From positions 128,001-192,000 of IMG/VR virus record IMGVR_UViG_3300033068_001989: a stretch of 64,000 nt of DNA. The stretch is one strand, 5' to 3'. Made by a program: the position numbers and the translations under genes. Below are positions 10,621-21,968 of the stretch, in pieces. Source of the stretch: a virus (lineage: Duplodnaviria > Caudoviricetes). Below the pieces are notes generated by a model that was not told the DNA's origin, made no database searches, and saw only the letters and a list, made by a program, of their open reading frames with translations. The number at the start of each line of letters is the position of its first letter. Positions within the stretch are counted from its first letter, which is position 1.

Positions 10621-13113
10621 TTATTTATTTCTTGCAAATTTTGGTATATTTAGCAAAGGTTTAGCGTTATCTATTATATGTGCTAGCTGAGAGTCTCTAA
10701 CTATGTTCTGATTAAGAACAGTTGACTGATTATCTATATCTATCATATTCTTAAATAATCTAACATTACTGATGTTTATTGGACCGGTAAAAATCTTATA
10801 TGAATTATTATCAGTACCGTAATATGGACTGAATTTATCAGTAACCAGACTCGAAGGTGCATTGAAAACTATATGATCAATAAACATTCTCGAATCCTCC
10901 TGTAGCTTACTCAATTTACTGGATTGATCAGGAGAGCTATTTGTTGGGTCATACGTTATTCCCCATATTATGGAAGATATTTGTTTATATACATTCGAGA
11001 AATTTATCACTATACCGTACCATTCGTCTATGGAAGGTACGAATTGTAGAGTAGTATTTATAATGAGATCATTAAACCTAACAACTAAACTTCCGGTTTC
11101 CAGAAAAGTATTAGTTAATTCGTCAGTTACACCAGAATGTATAATGTCCGCTCTAAATCCCTTAATATCACCATTCTGATCCTCATATAATCCACTGATT
11201 AAATTTCTAGATTGTGCCTTCTGCATTCTCCATGTAACCGGTCCTTGTGAGAAATTCTCCGACTTATTAATAACTTTGAATCTATATTCATCTATGATGC
11301 TATCAACCTGATATCCACCACTATGAGTGGAATCACCTTTTATTGCTACATATCCTTCTGGGTTGGATTGATAACTTTCCCATCTCTCAAGATTATGTTT
11401 TCTTGGATATGAATTAAAAACAAGAAAGTCGCTATCATACGATTCCAAAGCTATGCTTATAACCGGATACGGTCTTTTCATCAGCTGTTGGTTATTATAA
11501 AGATTCTTTATATTAAACCATGCTGTAAATGCTAACTCCTCACCTATAGCAATTTTAGGAAGCAATTTATAACGAATAGCCTCTCTATATTGCTTGGTCG
11601 CATATATAAAATCAGAGTCATCAACAAATGATCCATAAAGATCATAATAATCATTAAATACTATAGTCCAGTTATTATTTAGGTCATATCCTATTATTGA
11701 TAGATCCTTATAAATATATGATCTTATAGGATCCTGCGACATTTGAGTTATCGTGGTTGCATATTGCTGAGGATTTGTTATTTTAAGCTCCTCATTTTGT
11801 ACCTCTGCTCCAAACAGATCACTAGTAGTAAGACTTATACCATCAAGCTCCTCCTTATGTGCAGGATCTCTAAAGTAAGTATTACTTTTAGGATTATATT
11901 TTTTAAGCTCAATCTTAAAATAAACGGGAGCGTTCATAAAATCTCTAAACAAATAGGTTGAGTTTATTTCATATATTCTATTTGTTATTGGGAAGTATAT
12001 AATATCTCTTTTTCTAGGTTGAGATCCTCTACCAAATATCGACTCGAAATATCTTTTGTCCATCTGAACTTCAAAAGGATCATCATAATTTAACCCAAAT
12101 GGATCGAAATTTATTTTATTATCAGGAAACTGATTCTGATTAACCATTAATTTTACACATTTTTCAGAAACAACATTAAATAATGTATATTCCCTAAGAA
12201 TAACGTCTCTACCTCTAGCCTGCGGTTGAACAGAATAATAATTAGCATCAAGACCAAACATCTTATTGACCATTAAACTAAGATCCTGATATATGTTTAA
12301 TGCTTTGTTAACAGCATAGGGTTTGAATGTAAATCCACAATCAGAAAAAATAACAGGTCTATTCGATGTTTCGGGTGAACATATAGGCGAAGGTCTACTT
12401 TGTATTTTTTCAGGTGTCGGACCGAAATCAAGATCCAGATCAAAGCTAACTATAACTACTGATGGGTCTATGGGTTCATCTGTATTATAAATTATCCCAC
12501 CATCAGGACCTATAAGAACTGAGGTGAATCTAAATTCTGGGTAGAATTTATTGGAAGGATCAAGATCAATTGAGAAAACATCAGAGAAATTATTAGTTAG
12601 ACCATTAAGAGCTGTTCCAACATTAGTCCATAAGGACCAGGTTTTTCCATCTATGCTATATCTAAAATCTATTGATATATCATTAGAATCCAGAATTGAT
12701 CCATTATTATTAGAATAAATAGTATCAATTATCCAGCCATTAAACTTAGTAACGTTCTCAAAAGGTCTATCCCATGTTAATACCCTGTAACTACCTATAT
12801 AGGTGAAGTTTAATGCACTTTCGAGCTGCTCCATTCTTAAACCATAATACTCCGGGGTTTCGCATGGCATATACATCGTATTGCCGTTGACTATAATCTC
12901 GTGAAATCCACCGCAGCCTAATTGTTTAGCTCTAGCTCTCGCACCATTTTCGGTACTGAATATATTATCAACCGATGATTCCAGTACTTTTTCAGTATTC
13001 TGAAGTCCATCGTGATATGCATACCTAGGATCCGATATATCGTATTGTTCTCCCTCGGTATTATATACTGGCGTACCATTTTTTGGTAATCTATTCTCTG
13101 GATAAAAGCTCAT
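10621..13113 (-). CDS. Neck protein gp14-like domain within a large multidomain protein
   Basis: FDPFGL..PRKRDIIYFP..IYEI gp14-like core; N-terminal ARAKQLGC.G.H..YMPC (DUF3721-like); beta-rich C-terminus. Confidence 0.6.
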   Translation of the reverse strand: MSFYPENRLPKNGTPVYNTEGEQYDISDPRYAYHDGLQNTEKVLESSVDNIFSTENGARARAKQLGCGGFHEIIVNGNTMYMPCETPEYYGLRMEQLESALNFTYIGSYRVLTWDRPFENVTKFNGWIIDTIYSNNNGSILDSNDISIDFRYSIDGKTWSLWTNVGTALNGLTNNFSDVFSIDLDPSNKFYPEFRFTSVLIGPDGGIIYNTDEPIDPSVVIVSFDLDLDFGPTPEKIQSRPSPICSPETSNRPVIFSDCGFTFKPYAVNKALNIYQDLSLMVNKMFGLDANYYSVQPQARGRDVILREYTLFNVVSEKCVKLMVNQNQFPDNKINFDPFGLNYDDPFEVQMDKRYFESIFGRGSQPRKRDIIYFPITNRIYEINSTYLFRDFMNAPVYFKIELKKYNPKSNTYFRDPAHKEELDGISLTTSDLFGAEVQNEELKITNPQQYATTITQMSQDPIRSYIYKDLSIIGYDLNNNWTIVFNDYYDLYGSFVDDSDFIYATKQYREAIRYKLLPKIAIGEELAFTAWFNIKNLYNNQQLMKRPYPVISIALESYDSDFLVFNSYPRKHNLERWESYQSNPEGYVAIKGDSTHSGGYQVDSIIDEYRFKVINKSENFSQGPVTWRMQKAQSRNLISGLYEDQNGDIKGFRADIIHSGVTDELTNTFLETGSLVVRFNDLIINTTLQFVPSIDEWYGIVINFSNVYKQISSIIWGITYDPTNSSPDQSSKLSKLQEDSRMFIDHIVFNAPSSLVTDKFSPYYGTDNNSYKIFTGPINISNVRLFKNMIDIDNQSTVLNQNIVRDSQLAHIIDNAKPLLNIPKFARNK

Positions 13114-13161
13114 TTCTATTTATACTTTTTCTTATATATCAAAAAGTATTAGACTATAAAC

Positions 13162-13195
13162 AAAAAAAAAGGATCCGATAGGATCCTTTTTTTTT
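13162..13195. terminator. Intrinsic terminator (possibly bidirectional)
   Basis: A-tract GGATCC gata GGATCC T-tract. Confidence 0.75.
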
Positions 13196-13207
13196 ATATT
13201 ACTAAAA

Positions 13208-13480
13208 TTAAGATTTGGTATAGATTCCTGTAACAAGATCTAATTTACCATCACCATGTTCGCCTACAACCTTAGCCTGTAGTTCTTCTTCCCTGATGTT
13301 TATTCTGCTGGCCTCGTTATAGAGATGCTCGAGCTCTTGTTCCATCATAGCTAAATCTCTTTTATAAAAAGAAACCTGAACGTTTAATCTTCCTATTTTC
13401 ACGACATTCTCAGTAAGTTCGTCCTTCAATGTTTGAACCTCTAATAATAGCTCATCGCTTAATTTAATTTCTTGACTCAT
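13208..13480 (-). CDS. Hypothetical coiled-coil protein
   Basis: ORF in operon orientation. Confidence 0.65.
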   Translation of the reverse strand: MSQEIKLSDELLLEVQTLKDELTENVVKIGRLNVQVSFYKRDLAMMEQELEHLYNEASRINIREEELQAKVVGEHGDGKLDLVTGIYTKS

Positions 13481-13524
13481 TTTAATTTTTTAATTTATAC
13501 TAGCAATAGTGATTATTGTTTCGT

Positions 13525-13815
13525 TTATATCCCGTTTTTTCTAGTAGGAAAAACCCCGCCTATTATAGGTGCAATAAATTGTGAAACCCCTTTATTCGAA
13601 TTTCCACCGTCGAGTATATCACTAAAATCCTTTCCAACTGGATTTGGATTAGAATAAAAATTACCAGAAGCCTTGGCTTCCATTATTTCTATTGTATCAT
13701 TTTTTCTGACATAAGCATTACCTGTACCAACGAAATAAAGCTGATCCCTAGTTTTACTATCGCTTCCGTCAATTATTCTGTTCTCTATTGATAATATTCT
13801 ATCGTCTATTGCCAT
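13525..13815 (-). CDS. Hypothetical protein
   Basis: ORF in operon orientation. Confidence 0.6.
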   Translation of the reverse strand: MAIDDRILSIENRIIDGSDSKTRDQLYFVGTGNAYVRKNDTIEIMEAKASGNFYSNPNPVGKDFSDILDGGNSNKGVSQFIAPIIGGVFPTRKNGI

Positions 13816-13828
13816 CTTTTTTATTATT

Positions 13829-14575
13829 TTATAATATTTCCCTTCTATTTTTGGGATCTGTATTTTTTGATATCACCTGTTTAGCTCTAAGACCTGCTTG
13901 CATAAGGTTTCCTCTAAATCTTTCAGTCGATAAATCCTTATCTGGAAAATAAGTTTCTAAAGCTACAGAGAAGTTAAATGTTATATATTCCTCATTTGCG
14001 TACGTAAATTCGTATTGTTTAGTTAATTCATATGATTCAGGAAATCCTACAGTTACCGGTATTCTCATTCCCTCAAATTCAAAACTATAACTGTACGTTT
14101 TATAAAAAGTTCTAATAACATTCTGATATATTTTAAATGCATCAAGCAAGGTATCTATTTTCATAGCTATACCAAATGTTAAATTAAGAGGTATAGAATT
14201 GGTATGCGAGGAAAGTGTTTTCATCTCTCCTTTAATGTCCTCAACAGCATAGGACATTCTAACATATTTATTGGTTAATGCTTGAGCATCTATATCCGAT
14301 GACTGATATGAAACTATTCCTATCGGTAATATATCATAGTTTCCCTCAGCATGGGGAAGATTATCTATACAATTTTCATATTCAATAAAAGAATCCATTA
14401 GAAATGCTTCGTCGCCTGTTAGTGAGAAGAAAAAAGGTACATAAACCTCAATCTTTTCTTGCTGGTCATTAACCTGAAAGTATGTTACCTTCTCGTTTAG
14501 TGATCTAAGTAAACCTATTATAAGATTTCTTAGATACACATCATCCATATTAAATTTTTCTAAAAATCCAGACAT
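13829..14575 (-). CDS. Tail completion/sheath terminator (gp15-like)
   Basis: YLRNLII..VP..LP..IPLNLTF..DAFKIYQ pattern; located beside the neck gene. Confidence 0.6.
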   Translation of the reverse strand: MSGFLEKFNMDDVYLRNLIIGLLRSLNEKVTYFQVNDQQEKIEVYVPFFFSLTGDEAFLMDSFIEYENCIDNLPHAEGNYDILPIGIVSYQSSDIDAQALTNKYVRMSYAVEDIKGEMKTLSSHTNSIPLNLTFGIAMKIDTLLDAFKIYQNVIRTFYKTYSYSFEFEGMRIPVTVGFPESYELTKQYEFTYANEEYITFNFSVALETYFPDKDLSTERFRGNLMQAGLRAKQVISKNTDPKNRREIL

Positions 14576-14580
14576 AATTA

Positions 14581-15588
14581 TTAAGGTGTCACTGTGACGA
14601 AATTTATTTTTATTTTACTGGTTGATCCAGAAGCATTAGATGCAGTTAATGTAACAGTATAGTTACCAGCATAATTATAATAAACAACTGGATTCTGAGC
14701 TGTACTTCCTGTTGGAGAAGCAGAAGGACCAAAAACCCAATTCCAACCAGTAGGAGCAAATTGCCACGGAGAATTTGGAGAGGTATCTTTAAACGAAACA
14801 GCCGAACCAGTAGCGGTTATTAGATTATAGGTAGCCCCTGTTCCTGACGTAAAGTTTGTATAGGGTGGAGCTGGTATAGGTCCCTTTCTAGTAGTAACAC
14901 CATCAGGGGTACTATCAAAATCAGGATAACCCAGTGGTATATTATCAAGTCTACCTGGGGTTTTTTGTCTTATTATTGGTATTTCTGCATATCTCACCTG
15001 AAGTGGATAACCAGAATCATCACAATATTTAGGATGTTCAAAATATCCATTAAGATAATCAGATTCACTTATTGCAGTTATATTAGTGTAATGCAATCTA
15101 AGCATTTCAGAACAATCTTTAACAGTTGATTGACTTAATGTTTTTATGACAGCAAAGGATTTAATAGTATTACCTACAGTAGTTCTTTCTATATTTGGAT
15201 TATCATATATTATAAAAAAATAATTACTAGTCGAAACTTTAGAAATTATAGGAATATTTCTTGGAGAAACCGTAGTTGTTACATATTCTCTAGGTATATT
15301 ATTTCTTGGTGCAAGTAAACCGACACCAAATATTCCCATTTTTTTACTAGGTTCTGGTAATACCTCCATATCCTCTATAGAAACGGAATTTAATCCATCA
15401 ACCTTATTCTTTGTACTCTTTATAAGTACATCTTCCTGGGTTCTTGATGGCGGAATCTCAAAACTAGTAACAGGAACACTGATTAATTCAGGAATTTGAT
15501 CCTTGTTGCTTTTTATTAAAGCATTTTCCTGTTTAGGACTTAGTTCCTTTTTATCTGGATTTACCCTTATTGATTGTCTAGGTCTCAA
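14581..15588 (-). CDS. PKD-domain virion protein
   Basis: C-terminal VSFKDTS..WNWVFG..QNPVVYY..GNYTVTLTASN PKD signature. Confidence 0.7.
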   Translation of the reverse strand: MRPRQSIRVNPDKKELSPKQENALIKSNKDQIPELISVPVTSFEIPPSRTQEDVLIKSTKNKVDGLNSVSIEDMEVLPEPSKKMGIFGVGLLAPRNNIPREYVTTTVSPRNIPIISKVSTSNYFFIIYDNPNIERTTVGNTIKSFAVIKTLSQSTVKDCSEMLRLHYTNITAISESDYLNGYFEHPKYCDDSGYPLQVRYAEIPIIRQKTPGRLDNIPLGYPDFDSTPDGVTTRKGPIPAPPYTNFTSGTGATYNLITATGSAVSFKDTSPNSPWQFAPTGWNWVFGPSASPTGSTAQNPVVYYNYAGNYTVTLTASNASGSTSKIKINFVTVTP

Positions 15589-15627
15589 TTTAGTTTTTTT
15601 ATTCTATATATTCGATAGATCAACTTA

Positions 15628-17292
15628 TTAAAATTGATCTATCGTCATAGATGAAAAACTATTTGTTTTTTTAATGTCTATTTTCCAATCGAATATTTCA
15701 TGCGGCATAGGAGCATGATTTATAACAAATATATTAAGACCCATTTCCTTTGAATTCTTCTGAAGAACTCTTAGTATGGATGTAACACCATCAGGGTCAA
15801 CAGAACTAAATAATTCATCCAGAAAGAGAAGATTTATAGAGCTAAATTTTAATTTCATCAATTTCATTATAGCAATCAGTACGACAAAATCAACTTTTTT
15901 CATTTCACCAGTGCTTAGTGTTTGTACTGGTATTTCTATACCCATCTGATATATTGATGCTTTAAACTCATCGTCAAATATAACCTGATATTCCAAATGT
16001 AGGGATTCAAGTAAATCCATTATTTCGGAATTTAAGGATGGAAGTATCGTTTTTATTGCCATCTGCTTAACACCCTTTTCGCTAAGTATATCATCAAGAG
16101 TTTTTACCCATGCATTCTTTTCAGCAGATTTGAAAACGTCATTCTTTATTTTATCCCTATCAATCTCAAGATTCTTTATTATATTTTCCAATGATTTTAA
16201 TTGCCCATCATTTTTTTTATTATTGAGCAATTCTATATCACGAATAATATCCCTTATTCTCTGAGATATCTTGGTATTTTTTTCCTGCAGATCAGATTTT
16301 ATAACTTTCATCTCAGATTCTTTATTTTTAAGATTAGTTATAACAACCTCTGACTCATCTAATTTAGAAACAGATTCACTTAATTCATTCTCCATGGATT
16401 CTTTCTTATGTAAATGAAATCCACCACTTAAAGAGCCTTCACATGTTGGACATAAATCGGATTCGTATAGTTTTAATCTACGATTAAGTGAATCAATATT
16501 ACCTCTTATCTCCAAAAGTTCTTTAGTTGATTTATACAAAAGGTCCGCTAATTTTGTTTCCTCTTCCTTAAAATTATTTATCTTGGTCGTGTGTAATTCC
16601 TGTAGTTTTTTAAATGATTCAAGCGATTTATTTAGTTCGCTCATCTCATTTTTTATATCCTCTTCCATCTGATTTAATAATGTCTCCATCTCCTCGGACG
16701 ATCTTGAAATAGCAGATTCTGTTGTTGATAAGCTTCCAGAAAGTGTATCTAGAGATTCCTTTATCTTTTTGATCTCTCCCTTTAATAATTCCCTCATCTG
16801 ATTCAATATATTAAACCCAAATATTTTATCGATGATTGCTCTTTTATCCTGAGGTGACATTTTTATAAAAGATTTGAAATCATTTATTGATAATGATATA
16901 GTGTTATTAAATACGTAATATGGTATTCCTATAAGATCATCAACAAGATAAGATTGTACGTTACTATTTCCTGCCTGATCGTAAGGAATCCCATTTATAG
17001 ATAATGAGAAAACAGATGGCTCGAGACCTCTCTCGACCGTAATTATCTTTCCGTTATTCTCGAATTCTATTTTAACCCATGCATGACCATTTATTCTATT
17101 AGGAATATCACCTAATTTCTTACCTTCAACCTTCCCATATAAAGCAAATGCAATAACTTGGGATATTGTAGTCTTTCCTGCACCATTCTCCCCAACTATC
17201 TGAAAAAGACAAGCTTCGTTTGGGAATTCCAAAGTCTGTAATCTATTCCCATATGATGAGAAATTTCTCCATTCAATTTTTAATATTTTCAT
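15628..17292 (-). CDS. Recombination endonuclease ATPase subunit (gp46/SbcC/Rad50)
   Basis: GENGAGKT Walker A, CPTC zinc hook, LSTGE signature, LFLDE Walker B. Confidence 0.93.
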   Translation of the reverse strand: MKILKIEWRNFSSYGNRLQTLEFPNEACLFQIVGENGAGKTTISQVIAFALYGKVEGKKLGDIPNRINGHAWVKIEFENNGKIITVERGLEPSVFSLSINGIPYDQAGNSNVQSYLVDDLIGIPYYVFNNTISLSINDFKSFIKMSPQDKRAIIDKIFGFNILNQMRELLKGEIKKIKESLDTLSGSLSTTESAISRSSEEMETLLNQMEEDIKNEMSELNKSLESFKKLQELHTTKINNFKEEETKLADLLYKSTKELLEIRGNIDSLNRRLKLYESDLCPTCEGSLSGGFHLHKKESMENELSESVSKLDESEVVITNLKNKESEMKVIKSDLQEKNTKISQRIRDIIRDIELLNNKKNDGQLKSLENIIKNLEIDRDKIKNDVFKSAEKNAWVKTLDDILSEKGVKQMAIKTILPSLNSEIMDLLESLHLEYQVIFDDEFKASIYQMGIEIPVQTLSTGEMKKVDFVVLIAIMKLMKLKFSSINLLFLDELFSSVDPDGVTSILRVLQKNSKEMGLNIFVINHAPMPHEIFDWKIDIKKTNSFSSMTIDQF

Positions 17293-18410
17293 TATAACTT
17301 TTTCTCTTGTTCCTGATTTATTACTATATTATGGAGCTTAAATAAGCTTGAAATTATTTTTTCTTTAGTTTCGTCAACAACATCCATAGATTCTACGTAC
17401 GATCTTATAAAATCCAGAACATTGAATTGTCCATTACCCTCAGATTCGATCATCTGGTCGGTTAGTGTCGTACTTTTTCCAGGATCGTATGGATGGAATT
17501 TAAGAAATCTCTGAGTAGTTATCATATCAGTAAGCATACTAAGAGGAGCCTTTAAAGCCATTGTTGGGTCGATCATAATATCAACAAAATTATTCCTGAA
17601 TTTAGGCTCAAGTTCATCTGGCGTTGATTCTAGTATATCAGCAAAATAGAATTTCTTAAATCTAGGGGAAAATGTATTGGGATAAATCGTTTCTTCCATA
17701 TCAGAAAGATCCAAAAGAGTTATCGATTTCTGATTATCCATATCCGATCTAGTCAACTCGTAAGGAGATCCTAGCATAGTTATGTTATCATGTTTCTGAG
17801 CATAATGTATATGGCCAGAATAAACTTTAGTAAACTTCTTAAATTTACTAATATCCGCACCAGATTCGACATTAACAAACCTATTGAATTTCAATCCTCT
17901 TATATCGGCATGACAACATAAGACATCGTGAGGTTCTATGAGATCAAGCGTTTCCGCCTCTGTGTTATGATCCTTCCTCCATGGCATTAGGAAAAAATCT
18001 TTATCCATCAATTTAAGAGTAACAGGATCCTCAAATATATTTATTCCAGGTATCCATTTTATTGACTTGAGTGAATTGACATCGTTTGTGTTCTTACCAA
18101 ATATGTCATGATTTCCTATTATTACATATACACCATCAACAAAGATTGAAGATAGTTCTTCAGCAATAGATATACCAAGATTAAGTACCTTTAGGTTTAT
18201 ACTTTGTCGAGAATCAAAAAAATCGCCAAGATGAATAAGTACATCACCTGGCTTATAATTTTTTCTTACTAAAGGAAAAAACCAATCAAAGAAATACTCC
18301 CTTGTTTGGTCTATCCATTCATTTGAATTGTTTCTTACACCTAAATGAGTATCCGTTATAAACCAAACTCTCCGTGCTTTATCGTTTACTAATTTTAAGG
18401 GCTCATTCAT
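17292..18410 (-). CDS. Recombination endonuclease nuclease subunit (gp47/SbcD/Mre11)
   Basis: TDTHLG, LGDFFD, GNHD, SGHIH metallophosphoesterase motifs. Confidence 0.92.
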   Translation of the reverse strand: MNEPLKLVNDKARRVWFITDTHLGVRNNSNEWIDQTREYFFDWFFPLVRKNYKPGDVLIHLGDFFDSRQSINLKVLNLGISIAEELSSIFVDGVYVIIGNHDIFGKNTNDVNSLKSIKWIPGINIFEDPVTLKLMDKDFFLMPWRKDHNTEAETLDLIEPHDVLCCHADIRGLKFNRFVNVESGADISKFKKFTKVYSGHIHYAQKHDNITMLGSPYELTRSDMDNQKSITLLDLSDMEETIYPNTFSPRFKKFYFADILESTPDELEPKFRNNFVDIMIDPTMALKAPLSMLTDMITTQRFLKFHPYDPGKSTTLTDQMIESEGNGQFNVLDFIRSYVESMDVVDETKEKIISSLFKLHNIVINQEQEKKL

Positions 18411-18411
18411 A

Positions 18412-18900
18412 CTAAAACAATTTTCTAATTTTTCTTTTTGACAAAATGCTATATTTTATTTCTAGCTCATTTATGATCATCTCCTTGTATTTTATGGGAG
18501 TTATCTCATATGCTTTGGCGTATGGTATTTGTACATAATCACATATAGAAACAAATTTTTCAGAAAATGAATATTCAGTATCCTCTAATTTTTCAAGTAT
18601 CTCCTGAAATAGATGCGGAACCAAATCCTTCGGTATCTTTTTTTTGTAACTCAAAGGAAACCATCTAGAAGTTTGGAATGCCTCATATACGAGCTCTTCC
18701 AGTTTCTTACGATGAAGATATTCCTCTTCGTCGTACGTTTCACTTAATATGTTATGGCTTTGATCTATATCAAAACTATCATTATAATCGTTATCCTTAG
18801 TGGGATTATTATGTGCTCCAAATATCTTATCACCAAGCTGTTTTTTTGCAACTTCCGGAGTTCCATTTTCGTTTTCCGGAGTTTCTTGGGTTTCTTCCAT
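18412..18900 (-). CDS. Hypothetical protein
   Basis: Tightly packed ORF between helicase and gp47. Confidence 0.7.
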   Translation of the reverse strand: MEETQETPENENGTPEVAKKQLGDKIFGAHNNPTKDNDYNDSFDIDQSHNILSETYDEEEYLHRKKLEELVYEAFQTSRWFPLSYKKKIPKDLVPHLFQEILEKLEDTEYSFSEKFVSICDYVQIPYAKAYEITPIKYKEMIINELEIKYSILSKRKIRKLF

Positions 18901-18916
18901 TTTTTAATGGTTATTT

Positions 18917-20215
18917 TTACTCTACGTGCATAGGTACATTAACGTCCTCAGTAATTCTCATATACTTGTAATCAACGCTAAATACCTTGTAGGCATTTTT
19001 ATAGCCATCATCTCTATTTGCTAATATTTTTAATTTATATTCCTTATTAGCATACATTATTGGATCTTGAATTATACCGAACATTCCGTCAACGGTAGCA
19101 ACAAGACCTGATGATTCAGCTGCTGAGTTTATACTTAAATCAGAAGCATCAAAGTCACCTTGTTTGGTTTGTGTAGCAGTAATAATAGACCAATTGTTTT
19201 GCATGGCCATACCCCTTAAATCCTCAGCAATTTGTTTTATCTTCATGTAGGTATTCTCAGAATTTGCATTCCTCCAATTCTTCATAATATTAATATAATC
19301 AACCACAATAACCTTAAATTTAATACCTTTAATTTCCTCCATCTTTTTGAGATATCTCTCAATGTCATTAACAGATGCTTGTGAAGTTGGAAACTCCTTA
19401 ATTGCTAAATGACCAGGGACCTTCAGATTGTCATACATCATAGATCCCAATTTTTTCTTCATTGCTTGTTCATCATCAGCAATTTTATTATATTCAGAGA
19501 CAGGGACACCTAATATATTTGCACCCATTCTCTTAACGTATTTTCTGTCACTCATTTCAAGAGATAATACTGCAACATTATGTCCAGTTTTAACTGCCTG
19601 TGCTGCTATATTACCAAGCCATAACGATTTACCAACTTTTGGCATTCCCATAAAAACATATAATGCCTTGGCAGAAAATCCTCCACCCAGGACAGTATCA
19701 ATAAAAGGAAATCCACTAGAGAATGTATTCTGTGTTAATTGCTTATGGTTCTCAGGATTAAAGAAATCTAACCCTTCATCGAAGCTGAAATTTATACTGT
19801 TTCTTTCAACTATAATATTCTTAAAAGTGTCAATAACAGTCTTAATATTCTCTGATGAAACTGGGGTTGATTGTATATACTTAAGACCATCAACCGCAGA
19901 TTTAGTTAGATTCTTATATTCAACAAAGAATTCAGTTGTTTCTTTTAACCATGCATCCTCGTATTTTGAAAGGTCTATACCATATATGGATCTTATCTCA
20001 GAGTGATCCACTAGATTACCACCCTTCATTTTAAAGGATTCTATCATTTGCTCAGCTGATGGCATTTCGTGATATTTCTCCCAAAATTCCTTAACACCAG
20101 AAAATATTAAACCTAACGATTCATTCTTAAAGAAATCAGATTTGCAGGTATCAAGATAAGGTGAATTTTGGAGTATATACCTAAGTATTACGTTCTCTGA
20201 GTGTGTTAAATCCAT
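18917..20215 (-). CDS. Replicative DnaB-like helicase (gp41-like)
   Basis: GMPKVGKS, SLEMS, IKEFPT, VVDYI, TATQT motifs. Confidence 0.93.
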   Translation of the reverse strand: MDLTHSENVILRYILQNSPYLDTCKSDFFKNESLGLIFSGVKEFWEKYHEMPSAEQMIESFKMKGGNLVDHSEIRSIYGIDLSKYEDAWLKETTEFFVEYKNLTKSAVDGLKYIQSTPVSSENIKTVIDTFKNIIVERNSINFSFDEGLDFFNPENHKQLTQNTFSSGFPFIDTVLGGGFSAKALYVFMGMPKVGKSLWLGNIAAQAVKTGHNVAVLSLEMSDRKYVKRMGANILGVPVSEYNKIADDEQAMKKKLGSMMYDNLKVPGHLAIKEFPTSQASVNDIERYLKKMEEIKGIKFKVIVVDYINIMKNWRNANSENTYMKIKQIAEDLRGMAMQNNWSIITATQTKQGDFDASDLSINSAAESSGLVATVDGMFGIIQDPIMYANKEYKLKILANRDDGYKNAYKVFSVDYKYMRITEDVNVPMHVE

Positions 20216-20220
20216 TTTTT

Positions 20221-20553
20221 TTAATTTTTATAATAAGGGTTATTATTAATCCTATACCATATCTTACTTGCGGTGCTTTTTTTTGTTTCTATAAAATCTC
20301 CATCATCGATCATTTTTTTAATAATCGCTCCATGAGATTCGCTTTCCCACCTTGGGCCAAATATTGAATTGAATGTTTGCGGTGAGAATTCACCATTGGG
20401 TCTTTTATCCTTAAGAAGATATAGACTAATTTCATAGACTATATCTTCCTTAGTTGGGTAATTAGGAAGAGTCTTCCAAACGCCCATGATATATTTGAAT
20501 TTTATGTTATTCTTCTCCATTCTCTTCACCAGCTTCTTCGTCAAGTTCATCAC
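20221..20553 (-). CDS. Hypothetical protein (start probably internal)
   Basis: ORF overlapping the end of UvsX. Confidence 0.6.
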   Translation of the reverse strand: MMNLTKKLVKRMEKNNIKFKYIMGVWKTLPNYPTKEDIVYEISLYLLKDKRPNGEFSPQTFNSIFGPRWESESHGAIIKKMIDDGDFIETKKSTASKIWYRINNNPYYKN

Positions 20554-21706
20554 TTAGTGAACCTAGTAATTCTGAGTGATCCGCAAGATCTGGAAATTTA
20601 AACTTGTTCTGTATGACATTATTATCAAGCATTTCCAAAACCTCCTGAGTGAAAACTTTATCAGTAAACAATTCAGTAGAAGCTACCGTTTTACCTAGAT
20701 GTTTAACTCCCCATCTTGTTGACGAAGCACTAGGTTTAAAAACTTGTTCTTTTTTTCCATCTGCATTTTTTACTTCCTCGAATTTACCTCTTTCTATTCC
20801 ACAAGCTTCCCAAGAAACATAATCCTGTAAACCAACATAAGGATTCATACCATTAGAAAAGGAGATGTGAAATTTTATAGGTTCTGGGATAGTAAATCTA
20901 CTTTTCTTAAGTGTTGATGTACAAACGATACCGGTTTTTGTACCAGCACCATCCTTTAATTGAGCCTTAGATAAGAAAGCAACAACCGACATAGCAAATA
21001 TTGGTCCATCACCACCAGAACTTTCCTTCGTCGGAATATAAGCTCCACCTCCAGCATAAACGTGATTGGTACAGATCAATGGTACTTTAGCAGCAGTAAG
21101 ATCAAGTGTTATGACACGAAATAATTTTCTAAGCTCTTTGGCTTTAGCACCCATATCGGAAGCATTGTGTCCTTTCATCGCATCAGAAAGTTCCTTATCT
21201 GTACTTAACATACCTAAAGAGTCAAGAACTATAAGAATTTTTGGTGCTTCTCCATTCGCTTTTGCCTTCTTGACCATATCAAGAACATTAGAAACAAATG
21301 TTTGGAATTGAGAAACCGTCTGTATAGGCTGATATCTAATTTTATTCATATCAATACCAAATTTAACAGCCCCAGATTTATCTATCGCTCCTTCGGTATC
21401 ACAATAGATAACGTCATAACCAATTTTTTGGGCCTCTCTAACAACATTTAGACAGAAGAATGATTTCCCTGTACCAGGATCACCCATAACTCCGAAGGAC
21501 CTTGAATTAGGTACACCTCCAAATAACGAGCCGGAAATTTGTGCATTTAGTAGATAGTTACCTGTAGGTATCCATTCATCAACCTCACTAAAAGTATTTG
21601 TTGCTAGAATAGAACCAGTTTCAAATCCTGATATTTTGGATAATGCTTTGTCCATGTTCATAAAAGAGAAACCGGACGATGTTTTTGTTGTTTGCGTTTT
21701 AGCCAT
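20507..21706 (-). CDS. uvsX: RecA-like recombinase (UvsX-like)
   Basis: GDPGTGKS, DTEGA, LDSLG, CTNHVY, SGG motifs. Confidence 0.88.
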   Translation of the reverse strand: MAKTQTTKTSSGFSFMNMDKALSKISGFETGSILATNTFSEVDEWIPTGNYLLNAQISGSLFGGVPNSRSFGVMGDPGTGKSFFCLNVVREAQKIGYDVIYCDTEGAIDKSGAVKFGIDMNKIRYQPIQTVSQFQTFVSNVLDMVKKAKANGEAPKILIVLDSLGMLSTDKELSDAMKGHNASDMGAKAKELRKLFRVITLDLTAAKVPLICTNHVYAGGGAYIPTKESSGGDGPIFAMSVVAFLSKAQLKDGAGTKTGIVCTSTLKKSRFTIPEPIKFHISFSNGMNPYVGLQDYVSWEACGIERGKFEEVKNADGKKEQVFKPSASSTRWGVKHLGKTVASTELFTDKVFTQEVLEMLDNNVIQNKFKFPDLADHSELLGSLSDELDEEAGEENGEE

Positions 21707-21968
21707 ATTAAATTAATATTTTTGTCTATTATAATATGGTAAATCCCATGGTTTGTTTCTTTTTTAAATGAATTATTAAGATTTGGGTATCTTATTCTAT
21801 TTAAAAATTGGGGGGTAGTAATAAGTTTATATATAATTAAAGTTTGGGCTCTTAGTTGTACTAGATAGATAATAGATTCTTCGCCGGGGTAATTAAGATA
21901 ATTATCTTATCCGACATTTTGGATTTTGTTTCCGATTTTTTAGCCTTTAACGAAACTTTAACGATTTA

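Noticed and set aside
21707-21968. Replication origin in the AT-rich gap upstream of uvsX
   Set aside because: Only a weak short repeat (taacga) is present; no iteron array or other support can be judged by eye.
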